A stretch of 64,000 nucleotides of DNA, from contig JASTWF010000325.1 in the NCBI GenBank assembly GCA_030390025.1, forward strand, positions 372,001 to 436,000. The letters run 5' to 3'. This document shows positions 35,846 to 46,960 of the stretch, piece after piece. This DNA is from Squalus acanthias. Lineage: Eukaryota. The translations under genes were made by a program, and so were the position numbers. Within the stretch, counting starts at the first letter, position 1. Each line of letters opens with the position of its first letter. Below the pieces are notes generated by a model. That model was not told the DNA's origin and did not search any database. It worked only from the letters and a program-made list of their open reading frames with translations.

Positions 35846-38800
35846 AAAAATGTTATGGCTGTTCGAGGCCAATTATCTCAGCCCCAGGACATCACTGCAA
35901 GAGTTCCTCAGGGCAGTGTCCCAGGCCCAACCATCTTCAGCTGGTTCATCAATGACTTTCCCTCCATCATAAGGTCAGATTGCAGACTGATGATTGCAAC
36001 TCCCCAGATAATGAAGCAGTCCATCCCTGCATGCAGCAAGACCTGGACAACATTCAGGCTTGGGCTGATAAGTGGCAGGTAACATTCGCGCCACACAAGT
36101 GCCAGGCAATGACCATCTCCAACAAGAGACAGACTAACCACCTCCCCTCGACAGTCATTGTCGTCAAATCCTCCACCATCAACGGTAGCATAGTGGTTAT
36201 GTTACTGGGCTAGCAATCCAGAGGCCTGGACTAATGATCCAGAGACGCGAGTTCAAATCTCACCACGGCAACTGGGGAATTTAAATTCAATTAATTAAAT
36301 AAATCTGGAATAAAAAGCTAGTATCAGTAATGGTGGCCTTGAAACTATTGCTTCACTAATGTCCTTTAGGGAAGGAAATCTGCCGTCCTTACCTGGTCTG
36401 GCCTATATGTGACTCCAGACCCACAGCAGAGTGGTTGATTCTTAACTGCCCTCTGAAATGGCCGAGCAAGCCACTTAGTTGTAACAAACCGCTACGACAC
36501 ACAATAAGAATAAAACCGGACGGACCACCCGGCATCAGCACCGGCTACGAACACGACAACGGCCCACCCAGCCCAGTCGACCCTGCAAGGTCCTCCTCAC
36601 CAACATCTGGGGACTTGCCCCAAAATTGGGAGAGTTGTTCAACAGACTAGTCAAACAACAGCCTGACACAGTCATACTCACGGAATCATACCTTTCAGCC
36701 AATGTCCCAAACTCCTCCATCACCATCCCTGGGTATGTCCTGTCCCACCGGCAGGACAGACCCACCAGGGGTGGCGGCACAGTGGTATACAGTGGGAAGG
36801 AGTGGCCCTGGGAGTCCTCAACATTGACTCCGGACCCCATGAAGTCTTCAGGTCAAGCATGGGCAAGGAAACCTCCTGTTGATTACCACCTACTGCCCTC
36901 CCTCAGCTGATGAATCAGTACCCCTCCATGTTGAACACCACTTGGAAGAAGCACTGAGAGTAGTAATGGCACAGAATGTACTCTGGGTGGGGGACTTCAA
37001 TGTCCATCACCAAGAGTGGCTCAGTAGCAGCACTACTGGCCGAGTCCTGAAGGACATTGTAGGCTTCAATCTGGGCCTGCGACAGGTGGTGAGAGAACCA
37101 ACATGAGGGAAAAACCTACTTGACCTCGTCCTTACCTGTCGCAGATGCATCTGTCCATGACAGTATTGGTAGCAGTGACCACCACACAGTCATTGTGGAG
37201 ACAAAGTCCCGTCTTCACACTGAGGACACCCTCCATCGTGTTGTGTGGCACTACCACCGTGCTAAATGGGATAGATTCAGAACCGATCTATCAGCTCAAA
37301 ACTGGGCATCCAAGAGGCGCTGTGGGCCATCAGCAGCAGCAGAATTGTATTCCACCACAATCTGTAACCTCATGGCCCGGCATATCCCTCACTCTATGAT
37401 TATCATCAAGCCAGGGGACCAACCCTTGTTCAATAAGGAGTGTAGAAGAGCATGCCAGAAGCAGCACCAGGCGTACCTAAAAATGAGGTGCCAACCTGGG
37501 GAAGCTGCAACACAGGACTACATGCATGCGAAAAAGCGGAAGCAGCATGCTGTAGACAGGACTAAGCGATCCCACAATCAACGGATCAGATCAAAGCTCT
37601 GCAGTCCTGCCACATCCAGTCGTGAATGGTGGTAGACCATTAAACAATTAACGGGAGGAGGAGGCTCCATGAATATCCCCATCCTCAATGATGGTGGAGT
37701 CCAGCACGTGAGTGCAAAAGACAAGGATGAAGCGTTTGCAACCATCTTCAGCCAGAAGTGCCAAGTGGATGATCCATATCGGCCTTCTCCTGAGGTCCCC
37801 AACACAGAAGCCAGTCTTCAGCCAATTCGATTCACTCCACGTGATATCAAGAAATGGCTGAGCGCATTGGATACAGCAAAGTTATGGGCCCTGACAACAT
37901 CGTGCTGAAGACTTGCGCCGCAGAACTAGCCGCGCCCTTAGCCAAGCTGTTCCAGTACAGCTATAACACTGGCATCTATCCGACAATGTGGAAAACTGCC
38001 CAGGTATGTTCTGTCCACAAAAAGCAGGACAAATCCAATCTGGCCAATTACCGCCCCATCAGTCTACTTTCAATCATCAGCAAAGTGATGGAAGGTGTTG
38101 TCGACAGTGCTATCAAGCAGCACTTACTCACCAATAACCTGCTCGCCGATGCCCAGTTTGGGTTCCGCCAGGACCACTCGGCTCCCAACCTCATTACAGC
38201 CTTGGTCCAAACATGGACAAAAGAGCTGAATTCCAGAGGTGAGGTGAGAGTGACTGTTCTCGACATCAAGGCAGCATTTGACTGAGTGTGGCATGAAGGA
38301 GCCCCAGTAAAACTGAAGTCAATGGGAATCGGGGGGGAAAACTTCCACTGGCTGGAGTCATACCTAGCACAAAGGAAGATGGTCGTGGTGGTTGAAGGTC
38401 AATCATCACAGCCCCAGGACATCGCTGCAGGAGTTCCTCAGGGCAGTGTCCTAGGCCCAACCATCTTCAGCTGCTTCATCAATGACCTTCCCTCCAACAT
38501 AAGGTCAGAAATGGGGATGTTCGCTGATGACTGCACAGTGTTCAGTGCCATTCACAACTCCTCAGATAATGAAGCCGTCTGTGCCCGCATGCAACAAGAC
38601 CGAGACGACATTCAGGCTTGGGCTGATAAGTGGCAGGTAACATTTGCGCCACACAAGTGCCAGGCAATGACTATCTCCAACAAGCGAGAGTCTAACCACC
38701 GCCCCTTGACATTCAACAGCATTACCATCGCCGAATCCCCCACCATCAACATCCTGGGGGTCACCATTGACCAGAAACTTAACTGGACCAGCCACATAAA

Positions 38801-40155
38801 TACTGTGGCAACAAGAGCAGGTCAGAGGCTAGGTATTCTGCAGCGAGTGTCTCAGCTCCTGATTCCCCAAAGCCTTTCCACCATCTAGAAGGCACAAGTA
38901 AGGAGAGTGATGGAATACTCTCCACTTGCCTGGATGAGTGCAACACTCAAGAAGCTTGACACCATCCAGGACAAAGCAGCTCGCTTGACTGGCATCCCAT
39001 CCACCACCTTAAACATTCACTCCCTCCACCACCGGCATACTGTGGCTGCAGTGTGTACCATCTACAAGATGCACTGCAGCAACTCGCCAAGGCTTCTTCG
39101 GCAGCACCTCCCAAACCCGCAACCTCTTCCACCTAGAAGGACAAGGGCAGCAGGCGCATGGGAACACCACCACCTCCAAGTTCCCCTCCAAGTCACTCAC
39201 CATCCTGACTCAGAAGTATGTCGCCGATCCAAAATCCTGGAACTCCCTCCCTAACAGCACTGTGGGAGTACCTTCACCACACGGACTGCAGCGGTTCAAG
39301 AGGTGGCTCACCACCACCTTCTCAAGGGCAATTAGGGATGGACAATAAATGCTGGCCTTGCCAGCGATGCCCACATCCCATAAAAAACGAATTAAAAAAA
39401 AATCCTGGGGGTCACCATTGACCAGAAACTTAACTGGAACAGCCACATAAATACTGTGCCTACAAAAGCAGGTCATTGGCTGGGTTTTCTGCTGCAAGTG
39501 TCTCACCTCCTGACTCCCCAAAGCCTTTCCACCATCTACAAGGCACAAGTCAGGAGTGTGATGGAATACTCTCCACTTGCCTGGATGAGTGCAGCTCCAA
39601 CAACACTCAAGAAGCTCGACACCATCCAGGACAAAGCAGCCTTGCCACATATCAGTCCAAGCCTGAATGTTGTCCAGGTCTTGCTGCATGCAGGCACAGA
39701 CTGTTTCATTATCTGGGGAGTTTCAATCATAAGCGAACATGATTGGCACCCCATCCACCACCTTAAACAGTCACTCCCTCCACCATCGGCGCATCGTGGC
39801 TGCAGTGTGTACCATCTACAAGATGCACTGCAGCAACTCGCCAAGGCTTCTTCGACAGCAACTCCCAAACCTGCGACCTCTACCACCTAGAATGACAAGG
39901 GCAGCAGGGTCATGGGAACACCACCACCTCCAAGTTCCTCTCCAAGTCACACACTTGACTTAAAAAGATATCATTGTCGCTGGGTCAAAATCCTGGAACT
40001 CTCTACCTAACAGCACTGTGGGAGTACCTTCACCACACGGACTGCAGCGGTTCAAGAAGGCGGCTCACCACCACCTTCTCAAGGGCAACTAGGGAAGGAC
40101 AATAAATGCTGGCCTTGCCAGCGACGCCCAAATCCCAGGAATTAATTTAAAAAAA
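35846..40155 (+). mobile_element. 5'-truncated host copy of the tRNA-headed LINE family (35846-36183 + 39401-40155)
   Basis: The RT sequence ...ccaccatcaac|atcctgggggtcacc... is split by the full-length copy. An inverted RT piece lies at ~39641-39740. Confidence 0.8.
36181..39400 (+). mobile_element. Full-length tRNA-headed APE-RT LINE, copy 2
   Basis: Box A TAGCATAGTGG (36186-36196) and box B GTTCAAATC (36251-36259). APE (PDTVILTES, VGDFNVHH, SDH) and RT ([27 protein letters not shown]), then an A-rich tail. Several stops and frameshifts. Confidence 0.9.
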
Positions 40156-40339
40156 CAATGCCACCCTTTCAGACTGTTAATCAGCCTGTGAATCTTTCCA
40201 CTACTTCCCTTGGGGAATAGAGTGAAGATACTATTTGTTTATCATTGTGAAATGTTTAAACCAACGTGTCACAAACAGGCAGCCAGTCACAAATAATTTG
40301 CCCCTTTCACACCACAATAGCAGAACTGAGAGCTTATAA

Positions 40340-41085
40340 CCATCAGGAAAGATTAAACAGGCTGGGGTTCTTTTCTCTAGAAAAGTGAAGACTGAGGGGT
40401 GACCTGATAGAGGTCGTTAAAAGTATGAAAGGGATTTGATCGGGTAGACGTGGAGAAGATGTTTCCACTTGTGGGGTGTCAAAAACTAGGGGCCATAAAT
40501 ATAAGACAGTCACTAATAAATCCAATAGGGAATTCAGGAGAAACCTCTTTATCCAGAGAGTGGGGAGAATGTAGAACTCGCTACCACATTCTTTTTCGTT
40601 CATGGGATGTGGGCGTCATTGGCAAGGCTGGCGTTTATTGCCCATCCGTAATTGCCCTTGGAAGGTGGTGGTGAGCAGTCTTCTTGAACCGCTGCAGTCC
40701 GTGTGGTGAAGGTGCTCCCACAGTGCTGTTAGGGAGGGAGTTCCAGGATTTTGACCCAGCGACGATGAAGGATCAGCGATATATTTCCAAGTCAGGATGG
40801 TGTGTGACTTGGAGGGGAACTTGGAGGTGGTGGTATTCCCATGCGCCTGCTGCCCTTGTCCTTCTAGGTGGTAGAGGTTGCGGATTTGGGAGGTATTTGA
40901 GGCGAATAGCAGTGATGCATTTAAGGGGAAATTAGATAAGTACATGAGGGAGAAAGGAATAGAGGATATGCTGATATGGTTAGATGAAGTAGGGTGGGAG
41001 TTGGCTCATGTGGAACATAAACACCGGGATAGACCAGTTGGGCCGAATGGCCTGTTTCTGTGCTGTAAATACTACGTAATTCTAT
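40340..41085 (+). mobile_element. CR1 3' fragment with an antisense 3' fragment of the tRNA-headed LINE inserted (40590-40893)
   Basis: CR1 ORF2 end and tail on both sides; the middle is the reverse complement of ~39110-39390. Confidence 0.75.
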
Positions 41086-41183
41086 TTAATATGAATACAA
41101 GAACAGTGGTCTGAGCCACAGTACCCAGAGAGTCTCGAACTGTATCTGCTACATTCCTGAGGTTATCAATGGGGATTATTATT

Positions 41184-41430
41184 GACAAAATTGAGAGGTC
41201 GCACAACACCAGGTTATAGTCCAACAGTTTTATTTGAAATCACAAGCTTTCGGAGCTATCGATTGCTCCTTCCTCAGGTGAAGTAAATTAGATACAGAAT
41301 CGCCAAAGGAAGGAGCAATCGATAGCTCCGAAAGCTTGTGATTTCAAATAAAACTGTTGGACTATAACCTGGTGTTGTGCGACCTCTCAATTTTGTCCAC
41401 CCCAGTCCAACACCGGCATCTCCGCATCAT
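41184..41430. mobile_element. Mini-Penelope: two inverted pLTR ends only
   Basis: 41184-~41273 and ~41308-41397 form a perfect inverted repeat. Same terminus (..catctccgcatcat) as the other Penelopes. TSD gattattatt(ga). Hammerhead on the - strand at 41240-41281. Confidence 0.88.
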
Positions 41431-42028
41431 GATTATTATTGAGCCCTAGCAGATTACACAGTGAGGGCTGGTTACAGAATTATTTGAAAGGAGAATAAAA
41501 GTAAAAGAACAAAAGGCTAAACAAGATAATAAGGGAATGCTTACAGGCAGTGGTGAAGACTACTGAGGTAAACCGTTAAATAGCAGCAACGGGTCAGAGT
41601 CAGCAAACACCCTGAGCCGTTGCCTAGGTAACTCCAATAACAGACAGCCGAGTGTCCCCAATGATTGTTGGAATAGTAACTATGTTACACAGACTGGGTC
41701 TTCACAGCTTCACTGTAGCTCAGATTAAGCGGGAATGATTTCACTGCACTCAACTTCAGCTCCCAACCTGAGTAACATGGCCTGCACAAGCTGACGCCCC
41801 TCCCCGAGGTCGACTTAACACTTTGTTCCTCTTTTCACACAATTCTGTAGATAGTGGTGTCTAGACCATATTTTAGCATCTCTCTTGGACTCTTCAAGAG
41901 GGCCTGGAAGCCTGATTTGGAGAATTAGTGAGGTATTCTGTTAAATAGGGTGTTCTTTGGGGAGGGATGAGGAAGAGCTATGTCTGATTCTTGTTACTCA
42001 ACTCTTACATACGGTGCAAGTTACTCAC

Positions 42029-42135
42029 CTGGCACTGGAATCGGGCGCTGCCCGGCCCGGGCCAAACAGGCTCCATGTTCACCAGTGAAGTCAAAGGTTG
42101 CAATTTCCTTCTTGAACTCATCTTCATAATAAACC
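42029..42135 (-). CDS. CACNA1S: Internal coding exon of the CACNA1S-like gene
   Basis: tgcag/gtgagt boundaries, 107 nt, phase 2-1. VYYEDEFKKEIATFDFTGEHGACLARAGQRPIPVP (cf. Cav1.1 VHYEREF). Confidence 0.75.
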
Positions 42136-42146
42136 CTGCAATGGAG

Positions 42147-45100
42147 TGCCAGAGTCAGTCAGAGTGAGAGCGCCAGGGTCAGAGTGAGAGTGTCAGGGTC
42201 AGAGTGAGAGTGTCAGGGTCAGAGTGTCAGGGTCAGGGTCAGAGTGAGAGCGTCAGGGTCAGAGTGAGAGCGTCAGGGTCAGAGTGAGAGCGTCAGGGTC
42301 AGAGTGAGAGCGTCAGGGTCAGAGTGAGAGCGTCAGGGTCAGAGTGAGAGTGTCAGGGTCAGAGTGAGAGCGTCAGGGTCAGAGTGAGAGTGCCAGGGTC
42401 AGTCAGAGTGAGAGTGTCAGGGTCAGAGTGAGAGTGTCAGGGTCAGAGTGAGAGCGTCAGGGTCAGAGTGAGAGTGTCAGGGTCAGAGTGAGTGTGTCAG
42501 GGTCAGAGTGAGAGTGTCAGGGTCAGAGTGAGAGCGTCAGGGTCAGAGTGAGAGCGTCAGGGTCAGAGTGAGAGCGTCAGGGTCAGAGTGAGAGCGTCAG
42601 GGTCAGAGTGAGAGCGTCAGGGTCAGAGTGAGAGCGTCAGGGTCAGAGTGAGAGCGTCAGGGTCAGAGTGAGAGCGTCAGGGTCAGAGTGAGAGCGTCAG
42701 GGTCAGAGTGAGAGTGTCAGGGTCAGAGTGAGAGCGTCAGGGTCAGAGTGAGAGTGTCAGGGTCAGAGTGAGAGTGTCAGGGTCAGAGTGAGAGTGTCAG
42801 GGTCAGAGTGAGAGTGTCAGGGTCAGAGTGAGAGTGTCAGGGTCAGAGTGAGAGCGTCAGGGTCAGAGTGAGAGTGTCAGGGTCAGAGTGAGAGTGTCAG
42901 GGTCAGAGTGAGAGTGTCAGGGTCAGAGTGAGAGCGTCAGGGTCAGAGTGAGAGCGTCAGGGTCAGAGTGAGAGCGTCAGGGTCAGAGTGAGAGCGTCAG
43001 GGTCAGAGTGAGAGTGTCAGGGTCAGAGTGAGAGTGTCAGGGTCAGAGTGAGAGCGTCAGGGTCAGAGTGAGAGTGTCAGGGTCAGCGCGTTAGGGTCAG
43101 TCAGAGTGCCAGGGTCAGAGTGAGAGCGCGAGAGTCAGAGTGAGAGCGTCAGGGTCAGAGTGAGAGTGTCAGGGTCAGAGTGAGAGCGCCAGGGACAGAG
43201 TGAGAGTGTCAGGGTCAGAGAGAGAGCGTCAGGGTCAGAGTGAGAGCGTCAGGGTCAGTCAGAGTGAGAGCGTCAGGGTCAGAGTGAGAGTGTCAGGGTC
43301 AGAGTGAGAGCGTCAGGGTCAGAGTGAGAGCGCCAGGGTCAGTCAGAGTGAGAGTGTCAGGGTCAGAGTGAGAGTGTCAGGGTCAGAGTGAGAGTGTCAG
43401 GGTCAGAGTGAGAGCGCCAGGGTCAGAGTGAGCGCGTCAGGGTCAGAGTGAGAGTGTCAGGGTCAGAGTGAGAGTGAGAGTGCCGGGGTCAGAGTGAGCG
43501 CGTCAGGGCCAGAGTGAGAGTGTCAGGGTCAGAGTGAGAGAGTCAGGGTCAGAGTGAGAGAGTCAGGGTCAGAGTGAGAGCGTCAGGGTCAGAGTGAGAG
43601 CGTCAGGGTCAGAGTGAGAGCGTCAGGGTCAGAGTGAGAGTGTCAGGGTCAGAGTGAGAGTGTCAGGGTCAGAGTGAGAGCGCGAGAGTCAGAGTGAGAG
43701 CGTCAGGGTCAGAGTGAGAGTGTCAGGGTCAGAGTGAGAGTGTCAGGGTCAGAGTGAGAGCGTCAGGGTCAGAGTGAGCGCGTCAGGGTCAGAGTGAGAG
43801 TGTCAGGGTCAGTCAGAGTGAGAGTGTCAGGGTCAGAGTGAGAGCGTCAGGGTCAGTCAGAGTGAGAGTGTCAGGGTCAGAGTGAGAGTGTCAGGGTCAG
43901 AGTGAGAGTGTCAGGGTCAGAGTGAGAGCGCCAGGGTCAGAGTGAGCGCGTCAGGGTCAGAGTGAGAGTGTCAGGGTCAGAGTGAGAGTGTCAGGGTCAG
44001 AGTGAGAGTGTCAGGGTCAGAGTGAGAGTGTCGGGGTCAGAGTGAGCACGTCAGGGTCAGAGTGAGAGTGCCAGGGTCAGAGTGAGAGTGCCAGAGTCAG
44101 TCAGAGTGAGAGTGTCAGGGTCAGAGTGAGAGTGTCAGGGTCAGAGTGAGAGCGTCAGGGTCAGAGTGAGAGCATCAGGGTCAGAGTGAGAGCGCCAGGG
44201 TCAGAGTGAGAGTGTCAGGGTCAGAGTGAGAGCGCCAGGGTCAGAGTGAGAGCGCCAGGGTCAGAGTGAGAGTGTCAGGGTCAGTGTGAGAGTGTCAGGG
44301 TCAGAGTGAGAGCGCCAGGGTCAGAGTGAGAGCGCCAGGGTCAGAGTGAGAGCGTCAGGGTCAGAGTGAGAGTGTCAGGGTCAGGGTCAGAGTGAGAGTG
44401 TCAGGGTCAGTCAGAGTGAGAGTGTCAGGGTCAGTCAGAGTGAGAGTGTCAGGGTCAGAGCGAGAGCGTCAGGGTCAGAGTGAGAGCGTCAGGGTCAGAG
44501 TGAGAGTGTCAGGGTCAGAGTGAGAGTGTCAGGGTCAGAGTGAGAGTGTCAGGGTCAGAGTGAGAGTGTCAGGGTCAGAGTGAGAGTGAGAGTGTCAGGG
44601 TCAGAGTGAGAGTGTCAGGGTCAGAGTGAGAGTGTCAGGGTCAGAGTGAGAGTGTCAGGGTCAGAGTGAGAGTGTCAGGGTCAGAGTGAGAGTGAGAGTG
44701 TCAGGGTCAGAGTGAGAGTGTCAGGGTCAGAGTGAGAGCGTCAGGGTCAGAGTGAGAGTGTCAGGGTCAGAGTGAGAGTGTCAGGGTCCGAGTGAGAGTG
44801 TCAGGGTCAGAGTGAGCGCCTCAGGGTCAGTCAGAGTGAGAGTGTCAGGGTCAGAGTGAGAGCGCCAGGGTCAGAGTGAGAGCGTCAGGGTCAGAGTGAG
44901 AGTGTCAGGGTCAGAGTGAGAGTGTCAGGGTCAGAGTGAGAGTGTCAGGGTCAGAGTGAGAGTGTCAGGGTCAGAGTGAGAGCGTCAGGGTCAGAGTGAG
45001 AGTGTCAGGGTCAGAGTGAGAGCGTCAGGGTCAGAGTGAGAGTGTCAGGGTCAGAGTGAGAGTGTCAGGGTCCGAGTGAGAGTGTCAGGGTCAGAGTGAG

Positions 45101-45590
45101 CGCCTCAGGGTCAGTCAGAGTGAGAGTGTCAGGGTCAGAGTGAGAGCGCCAGGGTCAGAGTGAGAGCGTCAGGGTCAGAGTGAGAGTGTCAGGGTCAGAG
45201 TGAGAGTGTCAGGGTCAGAGTGAGAGTGTCAGGGTCAGAGTGAGAGTGTCAGGGTCAGAGTGAGAGCGTCAGGGTCAGAGTGAGAGTGTCAGGGTCAGAG
45301 TGAGAGCGTCAGGGTCAGAGTGAGAGTGTCAGGGTCAGAGTGAGAGTGTCAGGGTCAGAGTGAGAGCGCCAGGGTCAGAGTGAGAGCGTCAGGGTCAGAG
45401 TGAGAGTGTCAGGGTCAGAGTGAGAGTGTCAGGGTCAGAGTGAGAGTGTCAGGGTCAGAGTGAGAGCGCCAGGGTCAGAGTGAGAGCGTCAGGGTCAGAG
45501 TGAGAGTGTCAGGGTCAGGGTCAGAATGTCAGGGTTCAAGCGTCAGGGTCCATCTGTCAAGGCCAGAGCGTCAGGGTCAGAGGGTCACGC
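42147..45590. repeat. 20-bp minisatellite
   Basis: gtcagggtcagagtgagag(t/c) units. Confidence 0.97.
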
Positions 45591-45820
45591 AGTTCCCTGT
45601 AGGGTCAATACTCTTTAAATGATCATTGAGACAATGCAAAATCAGGGGCTGACACATTCCCTTTAAGAAACTTGGTCAACAGAATCCTCCATTACTACCG
45701 GCCTCCCACCAATACGTCCAATAGGATGACCTCTCCCAAGTATCCCATCCCCAATTAGCAACTTATTAAGGAGGCCAGGGATGAATTCCCTGATCCACAG
45801 GAAGGAGGGAACATTCTTAC

Positions 45821-45843
45821 TGCTCTGGGATCGAATCCACAGT
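45821..45843 (-). CDS. Candidate 23-nt micro-exon (alternative acceptor would start the exon at 45925)
   Basis: tgctgttttcag acceptor and gtaaga donor. TVDSIPE+CA ends in phase 2, compatible with exon 42135. No homology support. Confidence 0.3.
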
Positions 45844-46017
45844 CTGAAAACAGCAGCGTAGACACATCACTGCGCTCAGCATCCAAGCTCCAATGGAGCC
45901 AGCGTCGATCTCTCCACTCACTGCCCTACAGGTGCTGAAAGTAGCTACTTCCCTAAACGTAGAGTCTGTACCCCAATCCGAACACCAGTCATTCCTGGTG
46001 CCAGAGCCCAGCTGGAG

Positions 46018-46858
46018 CTCTGACCCCGGTTCGCCCTGACCCCGGCTCCCCCTGACCCCGGCTCACCCTGACCCCGGCTCCCCCTGACCCCGGCTCCCCC
46101 TGACCCCGGCTCCACCTGACACCGGCTCCCCCTGACACCGGCTCCCCCTGACCCCGGCTCCCCCTGACCCCGGCTCCCCCAGACCCCGGCTCCCCCAGTG
46201 CCCGGCTCCCCCTGACCCCGGCTCCCCCTGACCCCGGCTCCCCCTGACCCCGGCTCCCCCTGACCCCGGCTCCCCCTGACCCCGGCTCCACCTGACACCG
46301 GCTCCCCCTGACACCGGCTCCCCCTGACCCCGGCTCCCCCTGACCCCGGCTCCCCCAGACCCCGGCTCCCCCAGTGCCCGGCTCCCCCTGACCCCGGCTC
46401 CCCCTGACCCCGGCTCCCCCTGACCCCGGCTCCCCCTGACCCCGGCTCCCCCTGACCCCGGCTCCACCTGACACCGGCTCCCCCTGACACCGGCTCCCCC
46501 TGACCCCGGCTCCCCCTGACCCCGGCTCCCCCAGACCCCGGCTCCCCCAGTGCCCGGCTCCCCCTGACCCCGGCTCCCCCTGACCCCGGCTCCCCCTGAC
46601 CCCGGCTCCCCCTGAGCCCGGCTCCCCCTGACCCCGGCTCCCCCTGACCCCGGCTCCCCCAGAGCCCGGCTCCCCCTCACCCCGGCAAGCCCTGACCCTG
46701 GCTCCCCCAGTGCCCGGCTCCCCCTGACCCCGGCTCCCCCTGACCCCGGCTCCCCCTGACCCCGGCTCCCCCTGACCCCGGCTCCCTCTGACCCCGGCTC
46801 CCCCAGTGCCCGGCTCCCCCTGACCCCGGCTCCCCCTGACCCCGGCTTTCTCTGAGCC
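46018..46858. repeat. 15-bp C-rich minisatellite
   Basis: ctgaccccggctccc(cc) units. Confidence 0.97.
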
Positions 46859-46960
46859 CAGCACGTTGCTCAGCTGTCCGGATCACTGAAAGTGAGGGAT
46901 TATTCAAACAGCAAAATCAAACACCCCAACATTTCAGGGACCAAGTCAGCGCGTAGCATC

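Noticed and set aside
36184..36270. tRNA gene (also 7224-7310)
   Set aside because: Box A and box B are present, but there is no clear cloverleaf and the sequence continues into the retroelement.
45945..46907. Gly-rich collagen- or silk-like ORFs
   Set aside because: A 15-bp repeat open in all three minus frames, with no Gly-X-Y register or splice support.
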